Source: Girardia tigrina
Taxonomy: Eukaryota
Assembly: GCA_001938485.1 (NCBI GenBank)
Contig: MQRK01192128.1
Location: forward strand, 1 to 55,195
DNA length: 55,195 bases
Direction of reading: 5' to 3'
Shown: positions 13,601-23,079 of the stretch, piece by piece
Position numbering within the stretch: the first letter of the stretch is position 1
How the letters are laid out: each line of letters opens with the position of its first letter
The notes under the pieces: generated by a model
Told to the model about the DNA's origin: nothing
Database searches by the model: none
What the model saw: only the letters and a program-made list of their open reading frames with translations
Translations under genes and position numbers: made by a program

Positions 13601-16600
13601 ACCCAATAAATTATCTAATGAAAATTTTAATATTGGATATACGCTAATCGTTCCTTATTCAGAAGGGTACAAAAATTGAAATTGTCTATTTTAAAATTAA
13701 TCGATAGTAAAAATTTGAATTTAAAAATCATTTCTAAATCTTACAAAATTCAAAGTATGTTCAGCAATAAATCTCGTACTCCTTTGAGTTTATGTTCCAA
13801 TCTGGTTTATNNNNNNNNNNNNNNNNNNNNNNNNNNNNNNNNNNNNNNNNNNNNNNNNNNNNNNNNNNNNNNNNNNNNNNNNNNNNNNNNNNNNNNNNNN
13901 NNTGGGAGTAATATTGCTGGACATATGAAGGGTTGTAAGTCGGAGGTGAAAACAACTAATTTTAAAATATTGTGCAGTAATTTTAAAAATTATTGGGAGA
14001 GAGTTACTTGTGAGGCATTATTGATTAAATCACTTAATCCGTCTATTAATGTACAAACAAGTCTCTCTTCCAATTCGTTGAAAATATTTAATTAGTTATT
14101 ACGCAAGATGTTTGCATAATCATCAATTTGCTATAAGACAGAGAAATTGTTGTTAATTCAGCCTGAAGATGGTGGAAAATCCACCGAAATATATTGCAAT
14201 AAAATTTGATTTTAATAGCGTCTTAATTATAAAATTTTACCATTATTTTTTTAATTTCTTATAAACAATTTTAATATATTTTTTATTAATTTACTTGTTT
14301 CCATTAAATTATTCAAACTATGAATCGGATTTATAATTATAAGATTAATGAAATTTTTGAAATATTTTTTCACTGTCGAACTTTTTTCTAATTTAAATAG
14401 AAAATTCAATTTTTTAAAATAGTTATTTATTTTTATTAATTTTTTAATGAAATTTATTTTTTACTAATGCGATTATTTAAAGAAATTTTTTTTGAAAAAA
14501 AATGATTGATTTTTGTATTTTAAATTTGATTAATTAAAATATTTTGATTAAAAATTTTACTTTGATTAATTGAAAAATTTATGAAAAAACATACAAAATT
14601 TTATATTGGTAAATGGACATTATATTAACAAATGGTCCTAATATTATGTGTGTATGTGTGTTAAGGGGTAGAAAATATTATTTCATATATTTTCTATTCT
14701 CAAATGGACATTTGAGTAAGTATTTTTTTAAATTAACATTTTGATTGGTTAAATTTTATTTTTCTTTCAATTTTAGATATGGATTTATTAACAAATGGAT
14801 ACATTATATAATTAAATGGACCTCCCTGTATGCTGTTTTACCGTTTCTGTATCTACCGATGGGAACCTTGTTTGATGGTTTAATTATAAACCGCTGGCTA
14901 GTAGGAGTACTACCGCATTCGGAATAAGTTTCTTTGACGGCGTCGCTTGTGGTGTTGAGGAATTTGGTGCCTTGGCGGCTAATTCATCCTCATCTTGTTT
15001 CGACGCTTTGCTTTTCTTTGTTTTGCGGGGTCTTACTTCAGTGAAGTTTTCATTTTCGCTTTGGGGTGTCTCAATGGTTGAGGAGGTTTCAGCTGCAATT
15101 CGTCTCTTCTTTTTAGGAGGGGCAGCGGGTGGATTAATTGCGTTGACTGGGATGTTACTGGGGAGTAAGGTCGGGGTGACTATCGAGGTGGTTTGAATGG
15201 AGGGGCTGTTTTCGACAGGATCTTCATCAGAATCTTCATGAGCTGTTCGGAGACGACATGAGGAGATGATTGAGAGTCGTCGGAGTAAATGTGCATTCAG
15301 TGTTTTTTGTAGATTTTTTACCAAAAAAGGTGATTTTTGTTTGAAATTTCGATTTTACTCAATAGAAATTGGATTGATCTTGAAACTTCTTCACAGAATA
15401 CCATAAGAAATAAAACGTTTTTTATGTATAAAATCGTTTCACTCCCAACTACATTTCAAAACATTTACAATCTTTTGGTCACTATGTATCATATATGATA
15501 CATCCTATATTTGTTTATTGACGACTGGATACAAAACATTGTAAAACTGTGTTCTGGAAACCCCCTTACCCAACTACAAGAACATATTTCATAGAGATAT
15601 TCACAAGGAAAATAATTCATGACTGAAAGGGTTAAAATGATCAAATATTAACTAAAAATAATTGAAAGAAACAAAAAGATTATTTAAAAAATTGAAAACT
15701 AAAATTAAATATTTGTAAAAAAAACTATCAATAACCAACGGAAACCTATAGAAAATATTGTAAAATTTAAATTAACGAGTTTTGTTTTACGAAAATCAAT
15801 TATTAGGTGTACAAGTATGAAATGCGGATTTCAGAAAACGGATTGTGCACAATGCAAAAAGTAGGTCAATGGTTAGGCAATGATGTCATAATATTGAGTA
15901 ATTATGTAGTGTCNNNNNNNNNNNNNNNNNNNNNNNNNNNNNNNNNNNNNNNNNNNNNNNNNNNNNNNNNNNNNNNNNNNNNNNNNNNNNNNNNNNNNNN
16001 NNNNNNNNNNNNNNNNNNNNNNNNNNNNNNNNNNNNNNNNNNNNNNNNNNNNNNNNNNNNNNNNNNNNNNNNNNNNNNNNNNNNNNNNNNNNNNNNNNNN
16101 NNNNNNNNNNNNNNNNNNNNNNNNNNNNNNNNNNNNNNNNNNNNNNNNNNNNNNNNNNNNNNNNNNNNNNNNNNNNNNNNNNNNNNNNNNNNNNNNNNNN
16201 NNNNNNNNNNNNNNNNNNNNNNNNNNNNNNNNNNNNNNNNNNNNNNNNNNNNNNNNNNNNNNNNNNNNNNNNNNNNNNNNNNNNNNNNNNNNNNNNNNNN
16301 NNNNNNNNNNNNNNNNNNNNNNNNNNNNNNNNNNNNNNNNNNNNNNNNNNNNNNNNNNNNNNNNNNNNNNNNNNNNNNNNNNNNNNNNNNNNNNNNNNNN
16401 NNNNNNNNNNNNNNNNNNNNNNNNNNNNNNNNNNNNNNNNNNNNNNNNNNNNNNNNNNNNNNNNNNNNNNNNNNNNNNNNNNNNNNNNNNNNNNNNNNNN
16501 NNNNNNNNNNNNNNNNNNNNNNNNNNNNNNNNNNNNNNNNNNNNNNNNNNNNNNNNNNNNNNNNNNNNNNNNNNNNNNNNNNNNNNNNNNNNNNNNNNNN

Positions 16601-19146
16601 NNNNNNNNNNNNNNNNNNNNNNNNNNNNNNNNNNNNNNNNNNNNNNNNNNNNNNNNNNNNNNNNNNNNNNNNNNNNNNNNNNNNNNNNNNNNNNNNNNNN
16701 NNNNNNNNNNNNNNNNNNNNNNNNNNNNNNNNNNNNNNNNNNNNNNNNNNNNNNNNNNNNNNNNNNNNNNNNNNNNNNNNNNNNNNNNNNNNNNNNNNNN
16801 NNNNNNNNNNNNNNNNNNNNNNNNNNNNNNNNNNNNNNNNNNNNNNNNNNCAAATGTATCATTAGTAATGGAGCATATTTTGAATAAAGCTTTTTTATCG
16901 TTCTTTTGTTTTTAACGTATTTCTTTTCAAAATTTAATCCGCATTTCATACTTGTACACCTAATACATAGCTTTAATAAATTGGTGGAGATTGTCGCTTG
17001 AACATTGATTTTAGGATGGCGGATCCTGATTAATAAAGCCTCACGCGCGACTCTCTCCCAATAATTTGCAAAATTTGAACACAGAACTTTAAAATTATTT
17101 ATCTCAAAACTACTTTCACATTTCTTTCCATGTTCCGCAGTATTACTATGGCCATAAGTTCGACTGTGTTCTGGGATTCGTTTGCAGAGGTGATGTGACG
17201 TCTCTCCGATGTATGTGCCATCGCACCCATCACAAGAATATTGATAAACCAAATCCGAGAACACAGGCCAAACTGAGTGATTATTTATTAATTAATTTGT
17301 GATTATTTATTAATTAATTTGAGATTATTTATTAATTAATTTGTGATTATTTATTAATTAATTTGTGAATATTTATGAATTAATTTGTGATTATTATGAA
17401 TTAATTTGAGATTATTTATGAATTAATTTGTGATTATTAATTAATTAATTTGTGAATATTTATTAATTAATTTGTGAATATTTATAAATTAATTTGTGAA
17501 TATTTATGAATTAAATTGTGATTATTTATGAATTAATTTGTGAATATTTATAAATTAATTTGTGATTATTTATTAATTAATTTGTGATTATTTATAAATT
17601 AATTTGTGAATATTTATGAGTTAATTTGTGATTATTTATGAATTAATTTGTGAATATTTATGAATTAATTTGTGATTATTTATAAATTAATTTGTGAATA
17701 TTTATTAATTAATTTTTGATTATTTATGAATTAATTTGTGAATATTTATGAATTAATTTGTGATTATTTATAAATTAATTTGTGATTATTTATAAATTAA
17801 TTTGTGAATATTTATGAGTTAATTTGTGATTATTTATTTATTAATTTGTGATTATTTATTAATTTATTTGTGAATATTTATGAATTAATTTGTGATTATT
17901 ATGAATTAATTTGAGATTATTTATGAATTAATTTGTGATTATTAATTAATTAATTTGTGAATATTTATAAATTAATTTGTGAATATTTATGAATTAAATT
18001 GTGATTATTTATGAATTAATTTGTGAATATTTATAAATTAATTTGTGATTATTTATTAATTAATTTGTGATTATTTATAAATTAATTTGTGAATATTTAT
18101 GAGTTAATTTGTGATTATTTATGAATTAATTTGAGATTATTTATTAATTAATTTGTGATTATTTATTAATTAATTTGTGAATATTTATGAATTAATTTGT
18201 GATTATTATGAATTAATTTGAGATTATTTATGAATTAATTTGTGATTATTAATTAATTAATTTGTGAATATTTATAAATTAATTTGTGAATATTTATGAA
18301 TTAAATTGTGATTATTTATGAATTAATTTGTGAATATTTATAAATTAATTTGTGATTATTTATTAATTAATTTGTGATTATTTATAAATTAATTTGTGAA
18401 TATTTATGAGTTAATTTGTGATTATTTATGAATTAATTTGTGATTATTAATTAATTAATTTGTGAATATTTATGAATTAATTTGTGATTATTTATAAATT
18501 AATTTGTGAATATTTATTAATTAATTTGTGATTATTTATGAATTAATTTGTGAATATTTATGAATTAATTTGTGATTATTTATAAATTAATTTGTGAATA
18601 TTTATTAATTAATTTTTGATTATTTATGAATTAATTTGTGAATATTTATGAATTAATTTGTGATTATTTATAAATTAATTTGTGATTATTTATGAGTTAA
18701 TTTGTGATTATTTATTTATTAATTTGTAAGTATTTATGATAAATTATTTAAAAAATATTATCCCAAAAATCGATATTCAAAAAACAAATTATTCCTCAGT
18801 GTTATTTGGGGCAAGATCGGTCACAATCGCTCGTGTCTCACTTGATCTGTGTCGTCAGCGATTTCGCCGTCCGCGGAACTCGCGAGACAATTATTTTCCA
18901 CTTCAAATCGATCAGATCGTCATCGTCAGTATAAACTAAATCCGATTAAATCCCGATAATAATCGATATTGTCGATTTTAAACCTGTTCCTTCGGAATCT
19001 TTAAATTTTAAATCGAAACCACTCGTTTTGATCGATTGTCTTTGATTTATTAGATCTTTGAGAACCCGAACTCGAATTGTCGGTTGGTCAAACTGAATAG
19101 TTTCAAATGACAAACTCGATTTGAATTTATAATTGATTTCCGGCAT
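1438..19146 (-). CDS. RBBP6: RBBP6/Mpe1-like protein (DWNN + RING, no evident zinc knuckle), up to 8 exons
   Basis: N-terminus MPEINYKFKSSLSFETIQFD...FDLKFKDSEGTVYTDDDDLIDLKWKIIVSRVP follows the DWNN pattern. RING has RBBP6-type spacing CPLC..CCKKNYCYQC..CPDC followed by NLIENSQIRSMI. Exon phases are mutually consistent. Confidence 0.8.
1667..1748 (-). CDS. Putative RBBP6-like exon 7 (EIKTNPATKDMNNIPINDLEFDPVIYM)
   Basis: caattag acceptor phase 1 matches exon 6; gtaatt donor, 49-nt intron; no homology support. Confidence 0.45.
2728..3986 (-). mobile_element. Degenerate mariner (irritans-like)
   Basis: TIR-like ends (tcaataagtacccggcct / aggtcgggtgtacttattga), TA flanks, transposase remnants (YSVIKFFV, LITVDET). 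Confidence 0.8.
4882..6270 (-). mobile_element. Mariner (cecropia-like), interior is an assembly gap
   Basis: TIRs tta(t/g)gttggtcgaaaaataatggcggtttt, TA flanks, transposase C-terminal remnant. Confidence 0.88.
6470..6522 (-). CDS. RBBP6: RBBP6-like exon 6 (LGNRTGIPVINTTHLTT)
   Basis: 42-nt GT-AG intron after exon 5, frame kept, gttagt donor. Confidence 0.6.
6565..7112 (-). CDS. RBBP6: RBBP6-like exon 5 (post-RING helix and acidic/Ser-rich tail)
   Basis: cattccag acceptor directly before the ORF's ATG, phase 0; NLIENSQIRSMI resembles the RING/U-box L.PN..LR helix. Confidence 0.78.
7468..8774 (+). mobile_element. Mariner (irritans-like), full length with frameshifts
   Basis: TIRs cgaggggtgtcccaaaagt, TA flanks; WVPRLL, VTVDETW, QDNARPH motifs. 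Confidence 0.93.
9166..10430 (+). mobile_element. Mariner, mellifera subfamily (Famar1/Ammar1-like), pseudogenised
   Basis: TIRs ttgggttggcaactaagtaattgcggattt, TA flanks; ITGDEKW and [13 protein letters not shown] motifs. Confidence 0.95.
10945..11866 (-). mobile_element. Truncated mariner, same family as 32161-33436
   Basis: Near identity to 32750-33436; one TIR; KDAPRSGRP and LITGIEKW motifs. Confidence 0.92.
11495..11726. mobile_element. piggyBac-type MITE (232 bp) inserted in a mariner
   Basis: TTAA-CCCTACAATGCGC...GCGCATTGTAGGG-TTAA; the paralogous mariner at ~33297 has a single TTAA (empty site). Confidence 0.92.
12081..12291 (-). CDS. RBBP6: RBBP6-like exon 4 (RING finger)
   Basis: VPNALKCPLCNDLMKDAIQINCCKKNYCYQCITGYLFD...CPDCRSI; gttagt donor. 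Confidence 0.88.
12339..12446 (-). CDS. RBBP6: RBBP6-like exon 3 (linker)
   Basis: aaatag acceptor, phase 2-2, open frame, 47-nt intron to exon 4. Confidence 0.7.
13015..13385 (+). mobile_element. Mariner 3' fragment (cecropia-like)
   Basis: GPILLHDNAR...KLVSHWQKCIDSDGFYFD and a terminal TIR remnant ending cccaa-TA. Confidence 0.85.
13500..14225 (+). mobile_element. Penelope-like element 3' fragment (GIY-YIG end and pseudo-LTR)
   Basis: CSNLVY...FKIL...EALLIKSLNPSINVQ followed by a hammerhead motif. Confidence 0.85.
14157..14198 (+). ncRNA. Minimal type I hammerhead ribozyme motif (Penelope-associated)
   Basis: CTGAAGA-T-GGTGGA-AAA-TCCACC-GAAA-TATA: both core boxes, perfect 6-bp stem II, palindromic loop III. 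Confidence 0.75.
15803..16963. mobile_element. Mariner-type element, interior mostly assembly gap
   Basis: Perfect TIRs ttaggtgtacaagtatgaaatgcggatt with TA flanks. Confidence 0.88.
16966..17265 (-). mobile_element. Penelope-like GIY-YIG endonuclease fragment
   Basis: LVYQYSCDGCDGTYIGETSHHLCKRIPEH...REALLIRIRHPKINVQ. Confidence 0.9.
17275..18740. repeat. 22-bp AT-rich minisatellite (~66 units, consensus attatttatgaattaatttgtg)
   Basis: Directly visible tandem array with recurring variant units. Confidence 0.97.
18842..18935 (-). CDS. RBBP6: RBBP6-like exon 2 (VYTDDDDLIDLKWKIIVSRVPRTAKSLTTQI)
   Basis: gatttag acceptor, gtgaga donor; completes the DWNN domain. Confidence 0.85.
18984..19146 (-). 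CDS. RBBP6: RBBP6-like exon 1 (DWNN N-terminal part)
   Basis: ATG at 19146; INYKFKSS...FD motif; GT at 18983 opens a 48-nt intron. Confidence 0.87.
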
Positions 19147-19569
19147 TTGTAAAAAAATCACTCGTTTCTCTCGATTTTTTTATTTAGTTGTTAGTGATTT
19201 TTTTTAAAAAACAAATAGAATATAATTTTGATTAAAAAATTAATTGTGATTATAAAAACAATTTTTTTCAATTGTCCACATAAAATTCGTATTTAAATTT
19301 GTTTCAAATAGTGATGATTTAAACAAATTCGATTTTTTTCTTTTTAAGAAAAAATATTTTAAATTTTACGAGTTAATTTAGTTTTTGAAAGTTAAGAAGC
19401 ATGAAAAAATTTCAATGAGTTTCATGATAAAAAAATAGTTTTTTTAACATTTTTTTTAATATTTTGATAAAAAAATTTAAAATTGTGAAATTACATTCCA
19501 GGTAAAAGTCATATTACGAGTAGATGAAAAGCGATTGTATTTTTGGTTATTAAAGAAGAATTTTATATT

Positions 19570-20250
19570 TAATATAGTTTTAATAATTTTAGGTTGTATT
19601 TTATATTTAGTTTTGAAAATCACAATTTAAAACGTTATAAATTTTATAAAATATCAGAACAAAATATTAAGCATTATATTTTTATAAGAAATTTTACACA
19701 TTTATATGAAAATTTTTGGATTCCACACGAGTGCAGTCAACTCGCATGTCATGCGAGTCGAGTTCAGTCGATTAATTATGACTCAGGTCAAATTCGAGTC
19801 AGATTTTTTTACTCATCTCAATTCAGAAACTCTTGAGTTTACTCGTTATTTTACATTTTAATAAAAATATGTCCATTACTGAGATAACATTTCAGGCCAA
19901 ATTTATATCACGAGATCAGTTTTTTAGTTTTAAAAAAGTTTATTCTTATTTTATACAGTTTTAATAATTTTAGCTTATTTTTTATATTCCAATTTGAAAA
20001 TCTCAATTGAAAACGTTGAATTTTATAAAAGATCAAAACAAAATGTAAAACATTATTTTTTATGAAAATATTAAATCTTAGGAATTTAACACATTTGTGG
20101 GAAAATATTGGGAATCACCGCGAGTCCAGTCAACTCACATGTAAGTCAAATCGAGTCCAATAGATTAATTATGACTAATGGGTCAAACTCGAGTGAGAAT
20201 TTTTTACTCGTCTCTATTCAGTAACACGCGAATTGAATCGTAACTTATTA
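19570..20250. repeat. Diverged ~380-bp direct duplication upstream of the RBBP6-like start
   Basis: 19570-19860 aligns by eye with 19955-20250. Confidence 0.75.
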
Positions 20251-21049
20251 AGAATAAAATTATGTATTCAAATTAATTTTGGATTATTATGTTAGTTTTT
20301 GAATTTGATTTTCATAATAATAGTTAATATTAACAAGTAAAAGATACTTATTAATAAGAGATTATTTAAATTTTTAAAAATATTTAAAAAAATTGGTTAT
20401 TATGTTAATTCTTTTTCTTGTAATTTTTTAAATTTAAATTTTTATGCATGTACATATAATGCTCAATTACTGCTTTACTGCCTTTGACAATGTGAGGGAA
20501 TACCGTTTCCTTAAATCTTGTGTTTTTGAAATAAATATCTAAAGTGCCTTGGCTTCGTTTCATTTCTAAAAATAAATAGAAATGTTCAAGAAAGTTGTAA
20601 ATTAAAAATTTATTAATTAAAATATTTATTTTATAAAAAATTGTATAAGAATTAAACTAATTTAAATATTGATCAATATGATTAATATTTGAATGCATTT
20701 TAAACTTCTATTAATGTATTAATATTAAAATAGTAAATTTTAAATGGTCAATGCAAAATTGTTATCTCGAAACATTTTGATTGACAACAATAAAATATAT
20801 TTTTGATTTCATTTACATAAATTTGCTTTCAAACATATAATTTTTATTCTTTTATTTTTTAATTATATTTTATCCTAAAACCAACAATTATAGTTTTAAA
20901 TGATTATTAAATGAATTTTTTACAAAATTTTATCGATTAATAAGAAATGGAATGTACAATTTCTCAATTTATACAAACTTTTAATTTATTTGTATTTACT
21001 GAAGATGGCCAAATTACTATTGTGATATTTTCAAGATAACAAAGCATGT

Positions 21050-21520
21050 AAACAAAACACATTTATTCTTCGAAATAAAGACCTTTATTTTGGTGTTTTT
21101 CAACCATCTTTCAGCTAGTTGATCGATTCACCGGATATACCACTGTGTCGTTTTGGAAGCAATGAAATGGCGACACCTTTGTTCAACATCTTCTACTGAA
21201 TTGAACTGCCGCCCTTTGAGAAAATGCGCCATTGCAAGAAAGAGGTGTAGTCACTAAAAGCAAGGTCGAGGCTCTATGCAGGGTGTGGTAAAACTTCGAT
21301 CGCCTGCAGCTCTTGCATTTTACCACGAGTCAAACGTGCAGTCATTGCTGGAGCGTTGTCTTGTTCTAGAAGAACTCGGTTGAGATTGACCAATGCCGAG
21401 TAACGCTCACAAAGAATGGCGTAGACTCTTTCTAGCTGCTGAGTGTAGAGGTTGGCATTCCTTTCCTGAACCAGGTCAAAGTGGATCACTCCTCGAAATT
21501 CCACCATACATAGAAAATAA
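21050..21520 (-). mobile_element. Mariner 3' fragment
   Basis: GVIHFDLV...LLEQDNAPA...EVLPHPA, degenerate SPDLA.SDY. Confidence 0.85.
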
Positions 21521-21909
21521 CTTTGCAATCGAACGCGTCCTTTGCAATCGAATGCGAAAATGCAAAATCCAATAACCAAATACATATATTAAAACAAAAA
21601 ATGAAAATCATAGAGTTGATTGAGAGTCTTCGGAGCCCCTTCGTTGGCGGGCGGCGCCCTTCACAGTTATTGGAGTGATTCTTTTGCTTCCCCTGATCTG
21701 AAAGGATATATAAATAAACTCAAATTCGTTTATATCGCGTCAAGACTCACCCAGTGGTAGAAAACTCAAATCTGCCTTCCTTCCATACAGATTTCAACAA
21801 GCGCAACTCATAGAAGGAAATTGCATCTAAGTAGAACGAACCCTTGAAGAGATTATAATAAAATTAGATATAGGTCAATCAAGCTGTAGATGCAGTGCTC
21901 ATATATATT

Positions 21910-23060
21910 TCTCTCAAGTCACGCCTTTAATGGCTTCAATATTTCTCCAAAGTTTGGAGAAAAAATCCTATTGTTATGAAGGAAACATGACTTTATTTTA
22001 CATTAGATATGTTGATGATATTTTCTTGATTTTTGAAAATAAAAACCATATAGATAATTTTTTACAATTTATGAATCAACTTCATTCAAATATAATATTT
22101 ACCAGTGAAATCGAATTAGCGGGCAAAATTTCATTTTTGGATGTATTAATTGAAAGAAAATCGAAGGGCTATGAAACTGAAGTATTTCGAAAGAGTACTG
22201 ACACGGGTTTATACAATAATCCTATGAGTTTCTGTGATCCCAAGTACAATAAAAATATGGTGAATGGATTAATTCACAGAATATGGAATTTATATTCTAC
22301 GTATTGTGGTGTGGATAAGGGTATTGTTGATCTTAAAAGCAGGTTAGAAAATAATGGGTACAATAAAAATTATTTAAATAATTTGATACAAAATACAATT
22401 GACTCAATTCGTGAAAAATCTAATAATAAAAATGAAAACATTATAAATAATGATAGTAGTGATGTAATAAAAACAATAAATTTAAAATTAACATTTTCTG
22501 AAGGCGCGTCTGATTTGAGGAAAGGCCTAAAGAAAAAGGTTCCTTCGGGTTTTAATTTGCGGGCGATATTCATAACTAATAATCTATCGAGATATTTCTC
22601 AAATAAATCAAAAACTCCATCGGGTGTCCAAGCTAATCTAGTATATCAATTTAAATGTCACAATTGTGAATCCTTGTACAATGGAAAAACAAATCGTCAT
22701 TTCCACACTAGAATGGTCGAACACACCAAATTGAGTAGGAATAGCTCAATTCTAGATCACATTAAAAATGCAGAAATAGAGATAAAGTTAACTATGAAAC
22801 TGAATTTACCGTTTTGAAGAAAAATTTTGAAACATATCATTAGAGGATGGTCACTAAGGCATTATTAATAAGGCATTTAAAACCATGCTAAAATGTTCAA
22901 AGTGAATTATCCAATCATATTAAAATCTTTTAATATTAATTAAAAAAAGAGATTAATTGCTTAATAGTCAATGTGCCATATAAATGACTTGTTATTTGAA
23001 ATTTATTTCACAACTGATGATGCCGTAATGGCAAAACATGTTTTGACAAATAAAAAACTT
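21910..23060 (+). mobile_element. 5'-truncated Penelope-like retroelement (RT C-terminus, thumb, GIY-YIG)
   Basis: YIRYVDDIF, ISFLDVLI, VFRKST.TG, NLVYQFKCHNCESLYNGKTNRHFHTRMVEH. Confidence 0.93.
23008..23046 (+). ncRNA. Degenerate hammerhead motif at the Penelope 3' end
   Basis: CTGATGA-T-GCC-GTAAT-GGC-AAAA(for GAAA)-CATG with flanking tcacaa/ttttga stem. Confidence 0.55.
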
Positions 23061-23079
23061 TTAAAATGGAGTTTAAAAA

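Noticed and set aside
17275-18740. CRISPR-like array
   Set aside because: Units are contiguous with no unique spacers, the context is eukaryotic and there are no cas genes; it is a minisatellite.
20995-21030. ctgaagatggcc hammerhead-like start (similar ctgatga at ~44584)
   Set aside because: No closing stem II or GAAA box.
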